Shown here piece after piece: positions 50,183 through 60,121 of a stretch of DNA of 64,000 nucleotides. The translations under genes were made by a program, and so were the position numbers. The DNA is from an uncultured Candidatus Saccharibacteria bacterium (GTDB taxonomy: Bacteria > Patescibacteriota > UBA1384 > XYA2-FULL-43-10 > 1-14-0-10-43-13): assembly GCA_964364265.1 (NCBI GenBank), contig CAYILA010000003.1:19959-83958 (forward strand), given 5' to 3'. Each line of letters starts with the position of its first letter. The stretch's first letter is position 1. The notes beneath the pieces were generated by a model. It was not told the origin of the DNA and did no database searches. It was given only the letters and a program-made list of their open reading frames with translations.

Positions 50183-50901
50183 ATGATATCATTTTTCGTT
50201 ATTTGTTTTGTCCGGCCGCTTTTAAGATTTAATTTTGAAAGTTCTAATTTACCGATTCTGATTCTGACCAATTTAGCCACGGATAGTCCGATTTTACCAC
50301 ACATCTTCCTAATCTGTCGATTGTGGCCGGTGTGAAGAACCACATTAAAAATGACATATTTTTGACCGTTTTTGGTCTTCATGCGAAAGCTATCAACACT
50401 ATCGGCTTTCATCAGCTTTTTTTCAATCAATAAACCTCCGGTCATCCTGCCTTTGATTTTGTCAAATTCGACTTTCTCGCCTCGGTCAATCCAAACTTCG
50501 TACTCTTTTTCATGTTGAAATGAGGGATGGGATAATTTTTGGGCCAGATCGCCGTCGTTGGTCAGAATAATCAGGCCTTCCGAATCCTCATCCAATCTTC
50601 CAATCGGGTACAGACGAACACTCTCTGGACCAAAATCGGTTACCTTTTTCCTTCCTTTTTCATCGATCGCCGCCGAAATCACTCCGGTCGGTTTATTTAA
50701 TACGATATAAACTTTCTCTTGATCGAATTCCACTGGTTTATTATTGTAATAGACCTTGTCAGTATCGCCAATGCAATCTCCCGGATCGGCAATTTTTTCG
50801 TTGATTTTAATCTTCCCAGCCAAAACCAGTTCGTCGGCTTTGCGCCGCGAACAAATCCCCGCTTCTGCGAGATATTTATTGATTCTTATCTTCTTAATCA
50901 T
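50179..50901 (-). CDS. rRNA pseudouridine synthase (RsuA/RluB family)
   Basis: S4 domain, GRLD and NRQIRKM motifs. Confidence 0.92.
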   Translation of the reverse strand: MIKKIRINKYLAEAGICSRRKADELVLAGKIKINEKIADPGDCIGDTDKVYYNNKPVEFDQEKVYIVLNKPTGVISAAIDEKGRKKVTDFGPESVRLYPIGRLDEDSEGLIILTNDGDLAQKLSHPSFQHEKEYEVWIDRGEKVEFDKIKGRMTGGLLIEKKLMKADSVDSFRMKTKNGQKYVIFNVVLHTGHNRQIRKMCGKIGLSVAKLVRIRIGKLELSKLNLKSGRTKQITKNDII

Positions 50902-52327
50902 TTGTTTCGGTATCGGCAGTTTTTAACTCTTTACCTTCGGCTTCTTTTGCAAGTCGGATATGAACATCGGCTAATTGCTTTTCTGATACCAAAGACGGAG
51001 CGCCCATCGTTAAATCTTTTGCGTCTCCCGTTTTCGGGAAAGCCATCACTTCGCGGATAACATCTTCGCCTGCCAGTATCGCCGCCAATCGATCAATTCC
51101 CGGCGCGATCCCGCCGTGCGGCGGGGCGCCGTATTCAAACGCCTCCAACATATGGCCGAATCTTCTTCTCTTCTCGTCCTCTGTTACACCAAGCAACTCA
51201 AATATCTTATCCTGAATATCTCTTTTGTGGATTCTGATCGAACCGCCAGCGATTTCATATCCATTCAACACGAGATCGTAACAGTAAGCTTTGACATCTC
51301 TCGGATTGGAATCCAATTTATCTAAATCCTCTTTTTGAGGCATCGTAAAGGGATGGTGAGTTGAAACCAATTTTTTATCGGTCTCTGAATATTTAAATAA
51401 TGGCGCATCAATGATCCAGACAAAAGCCAACTCATTCTTGTCATCCTTGTTTTCGCGCAAGTCCGGCTTGTCGGAGTGATATTTTTCCATCGATTCGGCA
51501 TAAGTCATTCGATGAAACGGTTTGCTTTTAATCTTTTTCTCCGGAAAAACCTTTTCCACCAGGCCCGTCATCATCTCCTCAACCAATGAAAGAATATCTT
51601 CCTGTTCAACGAAACTCATCTCTATATCAAGCTGAGTAAATTCCGGCTGGCGGTCGCCGCGCTGATCCTCGTCCCTAAAACACCGCACAATCTGGTAATA
51701 ACGCTCTATCCCGCCAACCATTAGGAGTTGTTTAAACTGCTGGGGACTTTGTGGTAAAACATAGAAATTGCCCGGGTATAACCGTGAAGGAACGATGTAT
51801 TCTCTGGCCCCCTCCGGTGTCGACTTTGTCAAGTACGGCGTTTCAATCTCTCTAAAATTCTTGTCGTTTAAATAATCGCGAAAATATTTAATAATTTCGT
51901 GCCGTAGAGTAATATTTCTAGTTAATCTCTCGCTTCTCAAGTCTAAATAACGATATTTCAAGCGAAGTTCTTCATCAACTCCGCCGGTATCCTTGTCAAT
52001 TTCAAAAGGTGGTGTCTTGGCTTGGTTCAACACTTCGATATCAATCGCCTCCATCTCAACTTTTCCAGTCGCAATGCTCTCATTGGTAAGATTTTCCGGT
52101 CTTGCTTTGATTTTGCCAATTATTGACAATACCCATTCCGGACGAAGGTCGGTTACCTTTTCATATGCCAAAGATCCCGGCACCATCACCACCTGCAAAA
52201 GGCCCGACATATCGCGAAGATCGATAAAGACAATTTTGCCGTGGTCCCGTCTTTTGTGAACCCAACCGGATATCTTTACCGTTTTGCCGACTTCTGCTAT
52301 TGTTTTTGAAATAAGTGTTCTTTCCAT
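50894..52327 (-). CDS. aspS: Aspartate--tRNA ligase (short form lacking the GAD domain)
   Basis: RYLDLR, LPQSPQ, DRQPEFTQ and GAPPHGG motifs. Confidence 0.96.
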   Translation of the reverse strand: MERTLISKTIAEVGKTVKISGWVHKRRDHGKIVFIDLRDMSGLLQVVMVPGSLAYEKVTDLRPEWVLSIIGKIKARPENLTNESIATGKVEMEAIDIEVLNQAKTPPFEIDKDTGGVDEELRLKYRYLDLRSERLTRNITLRHEIIKYFRDYLNDKNFREIETPYLTKSTPEGAREYIVPSRLYPGNFYVLPQSPQQFKQLLMVGGIERYYQIVRCFRDEDQRGDRQPEFTQLDIEMSFVEQEDILSLVEEMMTGLVEKVFPEKKIKSKPFHRMTYAESMEKYHSDKPDLRENKDDKNELAFVWIIDAPLFKYSETDKKLVSTHHPFTMPQKEDLDKLDSNPRDVKAYCYDLVLNGYEIAGGSIRIHKRDIQDKIFELLGVTEDEKRRRFGHMLEAFEYGAPPHGGIAPGIDRLAAILAGEDVIREVMAFPKTGDAKDLTMGAPSLVSEKQLADVHIRLAKEAEGKELKTADTETND

Positions 52328-52340
52328 ATTGCTCGCTTTC

Positions 52341-54569
52341 TTAAGAATCCCTTAATTTTGCGCTGTATTGATTTTCAATTTTACTAATTATTTTTGAAAT
52401 AGTCTCATCCGCTTCCACATCGGTCAAGGTCTTTTCCATATCCTGCAGATAAATATGGTAGGCAAGATTTTTCTTACCGGCTCCCAATTTATCTGAAGCA
52501 TATTCGTCAAACAATTCTACTCTGTTTATCTTATCCGAAATCTCCAGAATGGAACCGGATATTTCAGATGGATTTGTATTGGTGTCAACAACAAACGCCA
52601 AATCGCGCGCTACCACCGGATACTTGGAAACCGGTTTGTAATGGTATTCCTTATCATCCAGCCGCAACTCCAAATCATCTTCATTGTCCAAATCGGCTAA
52701 TGAGATTTCAATCGCATAAACAACCGGCTTCCTGATCTTCAACAAAAGCAACTCGCCCCCTTTCAATTCCTTGATTTCGATATTTTCATCATTTTGAATC
52801 TGTGATAACTTCGCGTGAATGTTATCGATTTCTTTTCTGGCATCTTTGCCGGTAGATACGACCGCCAAATTGGTTCGCTCTTTTTCTTCATTAAACACAT
52901 TTCCAATTTCAAATAGTAATATTGGATCGAAAAGACCGTTTTTTGCGACATTTTTCAAAAGGGACGGAATCAATGAATCGCGCAGATATTTGTTTTCATG
53001 TTGAATCGGATTGGCAACCTCGAGCAAATTGTCGGTATTCATATTTTCTGTTTTTATATCCTTTTCAGACAGGAAAGAATAATTCTTAACTTCGGAAAAT
53101 CCCAGATCGGAGATCATGTCTTTCAACCTTTCCTTCTGGTAGTAAATTGATTTTTGCGGCTTTTCCGCTTCGGGAAGTTCTAATCTTTTTAAATTATCGA
53201 TTCCATAAATTCTCTCAACCTCCTCTGCCAAATCCTGCCAGACGGTAATATCGTGTCGCCATGAAGGAATTTTGGCTTCCGCTCCTTCTATTTTAAAACC
53301 GAGGTATTTCAAGGTTGAATTGATATCATCCTCCGATAGATTCAAATCAAGGAGTTGGTTAATTTTTTGATATGGAATGTTTATCTGTCTTTCGATATCT
53401 TTTTCGCCGCTGTACGCAAAACCCAAATCGTCTCCGGCGGCAATTTCAATAATCATCTTGGCCGCTTTAACAAGCGCATTTTTAACCATCGCCGAATCAA
53501 TTCCTCTCTCAAATCGGTAGCTGGCATCGGAAACAATATTATGAGTTTTGGCTATTTTTCTAATTACAGACGAACTAAATTCTGCCGCCTCCAATATGAT
53601 GTTTTTCGTTGTTTCGGTTACGCCTGTATCTTGACCGCCCATTACTCCGGCCAGGGCCAAAGCTTTTTCCTTATCGGCAATTAACAGATCATTTTCTTGA
53701 AGTTTAATATTTTTACCGTCCAATAGCATAATACTTTCACCATCGCGGGAATCCCTAATCGTAATGGTATGACCGGAAACTTTATCGGCATCGAAAGCAT
53801 GAAGCGGATGGCCGAGATCCAACATGATGTAGTTAGTGATATCAACAATATTATTAATCGGTTTGAACCCAAGGATTATAAGTCGTTTTTTAAGCCACTC
53901 CGGAGAAGGGCCGACCGAGATATTATTTATCCGGTATCCGTAATATCGTGGGCAACTTTCTTTCTTTTCGATTTCTATCTTTAGCTCTGCAGTAATTGCC
54001 GCATCTTTACCCTCGTCATTTTTAATTACTGTTTTGCTAAATCCGGCGATTTCCCGAGCTAATCCGAGATGCGACAGGCAGTCGCCACGGTTCGGAGTGA
54101 TTTCCGCCTCAATCACCATGTCGCTCTCTATGTATTTTGATAATTTCTCGCCTATTCGATAATTCTGATCTAGAATTTTAATGCCGCTTCCCTCTTCCCC
54201 CAACCCGAGTTCTTTCTCTGAACAGAGCATCCCATTTGATTTAATACCGCGTATTTCAGCCGCTTTTAAGATTTGACCGCCGATTTTAGACCCAACAAGC
54301 GCCAAAGGGACAATTTGTCCAACTTCAATATTTGGTGCGCCGCAGACAACTTCAAATTCATGGCTACCGTTTGTTACTTTCGCCAACCGTAAACGATCGG
54401 CATTTGGATGAGGGCTGATCTCCAGTATTTTGGCAATAATAATATTGTCATCCAATCCAAAGTCGGCCGATTCGATCTCCGTTCCGGTAACAGTTAACTT
54501 ATCGATCAATTCCTGATCGGATATGCTTATATCAACATAATCTTTCAGCCAGCTTTTTAAATACTTCAT
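52341..54569 (-). CDS. pheT: Phenylalanine--tRNA ligase beta subunit
   Basis: HPNADRL, TPNRGD and RFERG motifs, FDX-ACB C-terminus. Start moved to 54569. Confidence 0.96.
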   Translation of the reverse strand: MKYLKSWLKDYVDISISDQELIDKLTVTGTEIESADFGLDDNIIIAKILEISPHPNADRLRLAKVTNGSHEFEVVCGAPNIEVGQIVPLALVGSKIGGQILKAAEIRGIKSNGMLCSEKELGLGEEGSGIKILDQNYRIGEKLSKYIESDMVIEAEITPNRGDCLSHLGLAREIAGFSKTVIKNDEGKDAAITAELKIEIEKKESCPRYYGYRINNISVGPSPEWLKKRLIILGFKPINNIVDITNYIMLDLGHPLHAFDADKVSGHTITIRDSRDGESIMLLDGKNIKLQENDLLIADKEKALALAGVMGGQDTGVTETTKNIILEAAEFSSSVIRKIAKTHNIVSDASYRFERGIDSAMVKNALVKAAKMIIEIAAGDDLGFAYSGEKDIERQINIPYQKINQLLDLNLSEDDINSTLKYLGFKIEGAEAKIPSWRHDITVWQDLAEEVERIYGIDNLKRLELPEAEKPQKSIYYQKERLKDMISDLGFSEVKNYSFLSEKDIKTENMNTDNLLEVANPIQHENKYLRDSLIPSLLKNVAKNGLFDPILLFEIGNVFNEEKERTNLAVVSTGKDARKEIDNIHAKLSQIQNDENIEIKELKGGELLLLKIRKPVVYAIEISLADLDNEDDLELRLDDKEYHYKPVSKYPVVARDLAFVVDTNTNPSEISGSILEISDKINRVELFDEYASDKLGAGKKNLAYHIYLQDMEKTLTDVEADETISKIISKIENQYSAKLRDS

Positions 54570-54581
54570 AAGTTTCCCAAC

Positions 54582-54712
54582 TACTACCAATTTACAGATT
54601 TATCCTGTCTGCCGACAGTCAAGCGAAATTACGAATCCTACAAATATCAGCGCTAACGAAAGTCAAACCATTCGTATTTTCGTATTTTCGAATTATTCGT
54701 AAATTCGTAGTA
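54582..54712. repeat. ATTCGTA-octamer inverted-repeat element with a nested 20-bp palindrome
   Basis: Inverted arms of about 41 bp. CCTGTCTGCCGACAGTCAAG is inserted at 54604-54623. Confidence 0.75.
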
Positions 54713-54718
54713 TTTCGG

Positions 54719-55402
54719 TTACTTAAATTGTTTTAAGAATCGAAGATCCCCGCTTCTAAATAACCTGATTTCGTCGATATCGTATTTTAACATCGTCAGC
54801 CGGTCAATTCCCATACCCAGAGCGAATCCGGAATATTGGTCGGGGTCAATTTTCATATTTGAAAGAACCTTCGGATAGACCATGCCCGAACCCAAAACTT
54901 CCATCCATTTACCATTGAATTTAATGTCGACATCAATCCCCGGCTCGACAAAAGGATAATGATGGGGGCGGTAGCGAAGTTCAATATTATCGCCGTACAT
55001 TTTCATCAAAAATTTCTCAATCGTCCAAAGAAGATGCCCGACTTTGACATCCTTATCTATATAGAGGGCTTCCAATTGGTACAGTGTTGTCTCATGTTTG
55101 GCGTCTGTCGCTTCATTCCGATAGCAAACTCCCGGCACAATTACCCGAATCGGTGGAGTCTTGTTTTCGCCGTACCGAACTTGTAAATTAGAAGTATGCG
55201 TCCTTAGGACTCTGCCGTCTTTCAGCCAAAAAGTGTCCTGAACATCTCTGGCCGGATGGTCTGAAGGGATGTTTAGTGCATCAAAATTGTACCATTCGGT
55301 ATCTACTTCCGGACCTTCATAGACATAAAAACCAAGTTCCTCAAATATTTTTACCGCTTGGCGCAGATATATTGTAATTGGATGCAGATTACCTTTATTC
55401 AT
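54719..55402 (-). CDS. pheS: Phenylalanine--tRNA ligase alpha subunit (no N-terminal arm)
   Basis: HPAR..DTF, LRTHTS, YPFVEP and GIDRL motifs. Confidence 0.95.
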   Translation of the reverse strand: MNKGNLHPITIYLRQAVKIFEELGFYVYEGPEVDTEWYNFDALNIPSDHPARDVQDTFWLKDGRVLRTHTSNLQVRYGENKTPPIRVIVPGVCYRNEATDAKHETTLYQLEALYIDKDVKVGHLLWTIEKFLMKMYGDNIELRYRPHHYPFVEPGIDVDIKFNGKWMEVLGSGMVYPKVLSNMKIDPDQYSGFALGMGIDRLTMLKYDIDEIRLFRSGDLRFLKQFK

Positions 55403-55796
55403 TTTTTTTTGATCTTTTAGAAATACCCTTCTTTTTTGTTTGGAAAAAAAGTTCCAACAAAGTCACGACTACTACTACCGATATGCCAATCCACCAATCC
55501 AGAACCCGAAAACCTCGTAGGGCGAACATGGCGGTCAGGGCGAAGGAAAATATCATGCCCTGCCTAACAGACGGCCAAAAATATGAATAGATTAGTTTGT
55601 CGGCTTTCGCTTTGATCTTTAAGTAATAGATACCGATCGCCGCAATCCCACCGAATGTCAGAAACATAGAAATATAGAAATTAATAAAGACGGCGGAACC
55701 GGATTGGTACGGATTATTATTAAAAACGTCTAAGACCAGCGAGGCAAAAGCGAATAAGGTAATGGTAAACAAAAAAAATAAATTTCTCTTCAGCAT
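55395..55796 (-). CDS. 4-TM hypothetical membrane protein
   Basis: Hydrophobic ORF coupled to rbfA and pheS. Confidence 0.75.
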   Translation of the reverse strand: MLKRNLFFLFTITLFAFASLVLDVFNNNPYQSGSAVFINFYISMFLTFGGIAAIGIYYLKIKAKADKLIYSYFWPSVRQGMIFSFALTAMFALRGFRVLDWWIGISVVVVVTLLELFFQTKKKGISKRSKKNE

Positions 55797-56125
55797 TATT
55801 TTTTCTCTTTATGAATTTCCTCAATCAAACTCTCTATCTTACTGGCGTATTCCGGCGAATTATCAAGATAAAATCGGATTTTGGGGTGTTTTCGTAATTC
55901 TAATTTCTTTGATAATTCCTTCGTCATTGCTGGACCCTCTCTCTGACATTCAATAATCGTCATTTCGGGATTGTTCAGAGCCGATATCCAAACCTTGGCG
56001 AAGCCGAGATCCTTTGACACTTCGACATTTGTGACAGTTATTATCTGGTCAGCAAATAATTTCAACAGTAATTTTGAAATCTCATGGCCTACCAACTCAT
56101 CGACTTTTTCCATCCTATCACTCAT
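55796..56125 (-). CDS. rbfA: Ribosome-binding factor A
   Basis: VTNVEVSKDL..AKVWIS and LRKHPKIRF motifs. Confidence 0.9.
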   Translation of the reverse strand: MSDRMEKVDELVGHEISKLLLKLFADQIITVTNVEVSKDLGFAKVWISALNNPEMTIIECQREGPAMTKELSKKLELRKHPKIRFYLDNSPEYASKIESLIEEIHKEKK

Positions 56126-56168
56126 ATTACTTTGCAATTATATCAGAAATATTAACGATTAGCCACAT

Positions 56169-56203
56169 AAAAACCCGATTCCGAAATGATGAATCGGGTT
56201 TTT
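56169..56203 (-). terminator. Terminator after rpsI
   Basis: AAAAACCCGATTC...GAATCGGGTTTTT. Confidence 0.8.
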
Positions 56204-56259
56204 ATTATATAGTTAAGATATTTAGCGCTTTGCCAATCCTAGCTTGGCTTTGAAAACGC

Positions 56260-56640
56260 TTAGCGTTTTGCCCATTGAGGCGCTCGTCTGGCGCGCTTCA
56301 GACCTGGTTTCTTCCGCTCTTTTTCCCGCGGATCGCGGGTTAGAAATCCGGCTTTTTTTAAAGTCAATCGGTATTCAGGATCAAACGCCTCAAGAGCTCT
56401 GGCAATACCATGTCTGATGGCCTCCAGCTGGCTTTCCTTGCCACCACCTTTGACTCTAATCGATACTCCGAATATGCCTTTCTTACCAACTAATTCCAGG
56501 GGATAGATGATATTAGCCGGAAGTTCCGTTTCTTTGTCGTTGACGGTAATTTTATTGGGATCTTTGAAAATTCGAACAGTGGCTACCGCCGTTTTTCTTC
56601 GTCCGGTACCGTACCAATATTTTTTTACTTCTTTTTCCAT
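56260..56640 (-). CDS. rpsI: 30S ribosomal protein S9
   Basis: GTGRRK and ERKKPGL..PQWAKR motifs. Confidence 0.98.
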   Translation of the reverse strand: MEKEVKKYWYGTGRRKTAVATVRIFKDPNKITVNDKETELPANIIYPLELVGKKGIFGVSIRVKGGGKESQLEAIRHGIARALEAFDPEYRLTLKKAGFLTRDPREKERKKPGLKRARRAPQWAKR

Positions 56641-57056
56641 TATTTTTTCTCGATATTTACAAATTTAACATTTTGATGCGGATGGGAAGGACCGGAATAA
56701 ATTTTTAAACGGGAAGTAACCGCATCCCGCAGTTTATTCTTTGGAATCATCCCGTAAACCGCTTTTTTAATAATCTCTTCGGGATGATACTCTCTCATCT
56801 GTTTGAAAGTTGATTTCTTAAGATTTCCGATATAACCGGTGTGCTTGTAATAAACTTTCTGATCCTCTTTTTTACCGGTAACTTTTACCTTTTTGGCATT
56901 AATTACTACCACCATGTTGCCGTTGTCTTTATTCTTGGCAAAATCGGTTGAAAGCTTGCCACGCAAAGAATCGGCGATCTTTGTTGAGATCCGGCCCAAT
57001 ATTTCGCCTTCGGCGTCGTACAAATACCAACTTTTATTATTTTCCTTGTTTGTCAT
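56640..57056 (-). CDS. rplM: 50S ribosomal protein L13
   Basis: LGR..LRGK, HTGYIG and GMIPKN motifs. Confidence 0.97.
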   Translation of the reverse strand: MTNKENNKSWYLYDAEGEILGRISTKIADSLRGKLSTDFAKNKDNGNMVVVINAKKVKVTGKKEDQKVYYKHTGYIGNLKKSTFKQMREYHPEEIIKKAVYGMIPKNKLRDAVTSRLKIYSGPSHPHQNVKFVNIEKK

Positions 57057-57516
57057 TCTTGGCTTTCTTGGGCTCTTTTATCATCACATCGACATCTTTG
57101 GTTTTCTTTGTGTCTTTTGTTTCATTCTTATCCTCAACTTTTTCACTCTCCCCCTCTTCTTTAGTCACGAAAACCTTTTTATCAACCAACTCAATCCGAA
57201 CCATTCGGCTATTGTCACCCAGACGATTTTTAAGGTGATAACTTCTTGCAAAACCGCTTTTGCGACCGGCATATCTTGGAACCAACTCTTCAATTACTTT
57301 CTTTACCGCACTTTTATCAAGTAAAATTCCTTCAAGATTTCGGCGGACTGCAAGATCGGCCTTTTTGCTTCTGGCAATAATCCGGTCAAATTGAGATTTC
57401 AAGACTTTTGATTTTGCTTTTGTGGTATCAACTTTTTCATACAATACCAAGGAGGTAAGAATATTTCTTACCATTAATCGTCTATGATCGGCTTTTCGGC
57501 TTAAATTCTTACTCAT
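57037..57516 (-). CDS. rplQ: 50S ribosomal protein L17
   Basis: LSRKADHR, TTKAK and RLGD motifs. Follows rpoA. Confidence 0.94.
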   Translation of the reverse strand: MSKNLSRKADHRRLMVRNILTSLVLYEKVDTTKAKSKVLKSQFDRIIARSKKADLAVRRNLEGILLDKSAVKKVIEELVPRYAGRKSGFARSYHLKNRLGDNSRMVRIELVDKKVFVTKEEGESEKVEDKNETKDTKKTKDVDVMIKEPKKAKNDKQGK

Positions 57517-58462
57517 ATCTTGATATTACGTCGGCAATTTCAGTGATTCCCTTTTTGCCTAATCCTTTAATCTCTTCAATCTTTAGGGGCGACATTCTTT
57601 TTAAACCGGCAATCGTTTTAATACCGGCATTCAAAAGCGCATTAGTTGTTCTCTGCGAGAAACCGGCTTCTTCTATCTTTACTTTGCTTTCGCCCAGTTG
57701 TTCCTTATCCTCATCCTCTATTAATTTCAGAACCTCCGGGGTCTCAACAATTTCAGATACCTTTTCAGTCAACGATGGATTAAAGCTTGGGTCCGAGATA
57801 ATCGCTTCAAAGTGGTCAACCAAAACTCTTGATGCCTCTTTAATGGCATCTTGCGCGGTAATCGTGCCGTCCGTCGTAATTTCCATGGTGATCTTATCAA
57901 AGTTTGTCATTTGTCCGACACGTGTGTTTTCAATTAAAAAGCTGACGCGTTCGACTGGAGAAAATGAGGCGTCAATTCCGATCCAGCCAATCTCTTTCTT
58001 GTCTTCTTTGGTGCCGGTTGGACGAAAACCTCTGTCTTTTTCAACCATCAGTTCAAGCTGAAGGCTAGCACCCTTATCAACATTGGCGATACGGGCCTCG
58101 GGATTTGAGATTTCAATCTGGCTGTTCGCTTGAAAATCAGCCGCCGTAATCTGGCAAGGCCCCTTCTTGGAAAGGGTCAGTATTACCGGTTCCTCTGAAT
58201 ATGATTTAAAATTAATGCTTTTTAAGTTCAATAGCAATTCGATCATATCCTCTTTAATACCTTTTATGGCTGAAAATTCGTGGTCTACGCCTTCAACTCT
58301 AAAATAAGTTGCGGCTGAACCGACAATAGAGGAAAGCAAAACTCTTCGAATTGCATTTCCGATGGTTGAGCCGTATCCTGGATAAAGCGGTTCGATGACG
58401 AATTTACTTTTGTTATCGCTAATGGCTGTCTCTTTAATTGTTGGCAATCCGATTTTGTCCAT
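57509..58462 (-). CDS. rpoA: RNA polymerase alpha subunit
   Basis: EPLYPGYG.TIGNAIRRVLLS and DASFSPV motifs. Confidence 0.98.
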   Translation of the reverse strand: MDKIGLPTIKETAISDNKSKFVIEPLYPGYGSTIGNAIRRVLLSSIVGSAATYFRVEGVDHEFSAIKGIKEDMIELLLNLKSINFKSYSEEPVILTLSKKGPCQITAADFQANSQIEISNPEARIANVDKGASLQLELMVEKDRGFRPTGTKEDKKEIGWIGIDASFSPVERVSFLIENTRVGQMTNFDKITMEITTDGTITAQDAIKEASRVLVDHFEAIISDPSFNPSLTEKVSEIVETPEVLKLIEDEDKEQLGESKVKIEEAGFSQRTTNALLNAGIKTIAGLKRMSPLKIEEIKGLGKKGITEIADVISRYE

Positions 58463-58485
58463 ATAATCTCCGATCTTTAAATATT

Positions 58486-59082
58486 TTATCTTGAATAGAA
58501 CTCAATAATTAAGTTTTCATTTATTGGCGTGTCGATCTCTTCCCTGATAGGCAGGTGATTGATTTTGCCTTTCAGGTTTTTCTTGTCAAACTCCATCCAG
58601 CTCGGGCAGTGCTCGCTTTTGATTTCAAAAAAGCTTTCTTTCTTTTTCGGTTCGATTTGATCCAACTCTTTTACGGTGTACGACGGAATATTGACCTTTT
58701 TGCCGTTCAATTTGATCAATCCGTGGTTTACCATCTGTCTGGCATGCGCCCGCGAGACGGCAAAACCAAATCTGAAAACCACATTATCAAGTCGAAGCTC
58801 TAAAAGACGCATCAAATTCTCGGCCGTGTTGCCGGAAAGTTTCTCCGCTTTTGTAACATAGTTTCTAAATTGAATTTCTCTAGTGCCGTAAATTTCTTTG
58901 GCGCGTTGTTTTTCGGCTAATTGCCGGCCGTATTCACTCTTTTTGCCTCTCATTTCAGTGGGACCATGGGCACCCGGTCGGTAGGGACGTTTTACCATAG
59001 CGCATTTAGGCGAAAAGCAACGCTCGCCTTTGAGCATCAATTTTTCACCGGCGCTTCTGCATTTTTCACATGAATCCGACAT
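58486..59082 (-). CDS. rpsD: 30S ribosomal protein S4
   Basis: SEYG.QL.EKQ and LELRLDNVV motifs. Start moved to 59082. Confidence 0.97.
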   Translation of the reverse strand: MSDSCEKCRSAGEKLMLKGERCFSPKCAMVKRPYRPGAHGPTEMRGKKSEYGRQLAEKQRAKEIYGTREIQFRNYVTKAEKLSGNTAENLMRLLELRLDNVVFRFGFAVSRAHARQMVNHGLIKLNGKKVNIPSYTVKELDQIEPKKKESFFEIKSEHCPSWMEFDKKNLKGKINHLPIREEIDTPINENLIIEFYSR

Positions 59083-59087
59083 ATTAA

Positions 59088-59516
59088 TTAGACCCTTCTT
59101 GGTTTCTTTGGACGACAACCGTTATGCGCGATTGGGGTAATATCTTTAATTGTTGAAACACTGATTTTGGCATTAATTAAGGCCCGAACTGCCGATTCCC
59201 GACCCGATCCGACACCGGAGACATAAACCTTGGCTTCCGAAAAGCCCATCGATTTTGCTTTTTCAATCGCAGCCGAGGCGGCCAGTTGGGCGGCGTATGG
59301 AGTCGATTTTTTGGTACCCTTAAATCCGATTGAACCGGCCGAAGCCCAGGAAATAACACCGCCATTATCGTCGGTTATCGAGATAATGGTATTATTGAAG
59401 GTTGACTGGATATAAATACTTCCGGAGTGAACACTTCGCTTTATTTTCTTTTTAACCCGAAGGGGGGCTTTTGGGGCAACCTTCTTCTCTTCTTTTTTGG
59501 GTGCTGCTTTTGCCAT
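59088..59516 (-). CDS. rpsK: 30S ribosomal protein S11
   Basis: FNNT, KSTPYAA and HNGCRP motifs. Confidence 0.98.
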   Translation of the reverse strand: MAKAAPKKEEKKVAPKAPLRVKKKIKRSVHSGSIYIQSTFNNTIISITDDNGGVISWASAGSIGFKGTKKSTPYAAQLAASAAIEKAKSMGFSEAKVYVSGVGSGRESAVRALINAKISVSTIKDITPIAHNGCRPKKPRRV

Positions 59517-59531
59517 AAGTTTCCAAATTCC

Positions 59532-59617
59532 CTACTAATTTACAAATCTTTCGAAAGTACGAATATTAATGAATTAATTTGTAATTTTGTAATTTCGTTG
59601 AATTCGTACATTCGTAG
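59532..59617. repeat. ATTCGTA-octamer inverted-repeat element between rpsM and rpsK
   Basis: ctactaat ttacaaat ctttcgaaa gtacgaat ... atttgtaa ttttgtaa tttcgttga attcgtac attcgtag. Confidence 0.75.
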
Positions 59618-59631
59618 TGTTTAGGTTGTTT

Positions 59632-60018
59632 CTATGTCTTCTCTGCCGACGGTTTTCTTCCCGATCCGACAGTAACTTTTTTGCCTCTTTTGGTTCTGGC
59701 ATTCGTTTTTGTTCGCTGTCCTCTGGCTGGCAAATTCTTTGAGTGCCGGTGACCGCGGTAAGAACCGATTTCTTTTAATCTCTTGATATTTCCGGTTACT
59801 TCCATCCGAAGATCCCCCTCTACCCGGTATTCCGAAATGGCTGTTCTGATCTTCTCGAGTTGGGTCGTGGTCAGATCTTTTACTTTAACGGAGTGATCGA
59901 CTCCGGCTTTTTCTAAAACCTTTTTTGAGATAGAAAGTCCGATACCATAAAGATAAGTCAAAGCGATTTCAACTCTTTTTTCATCCGGTAAATTTATGTT
60001 TGCAATTCTAACTGCCAT
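59632..60018 (-). CDS. rpsM: 30S ribosomal protein S13
   Basis: YGIG and [11 protein letters not shown] motifs. Confidence 0.98.
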   Translation of the reverse strand: MAVRIANINLPDEKRVEIALTYLYGIGLSISKKVLEKAGVDHSVKVKDLTTTQLEKIRTAISEYRVEGDLRMEVTGNIKRLKEIGSYRGHRHSKNLPARGQRTKTNARTKRGKKVTVGSGRKPSAEKT

Positions 60019-60022
60019 ATTG

Positions 60023-60121
60023 TGTAATTTCTAATTTCTAATCACTAAACAATTCTCCATTTCCAATTCCTACTTATTTGACATTAGAAATTAGAAATTT
60101 GACATTGCCGCCTCTGGCGGC
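60023..60121. repeat. Heptamer inverted-repeat element plus a 15-bp palindrome
   Basis: (AATTTCT)2...(AGAAATT)2, followed by GCCGCC-TCT-GGCGGC at 60107-60121. Confidence 0.6.

Noticed and set aside
54582-54712. Periodic repeats as a CRISPR array
   Set aside because: The units are 7-9 bp with no unique spacers and there are no cas genes. No CRISPR array was found in the window.
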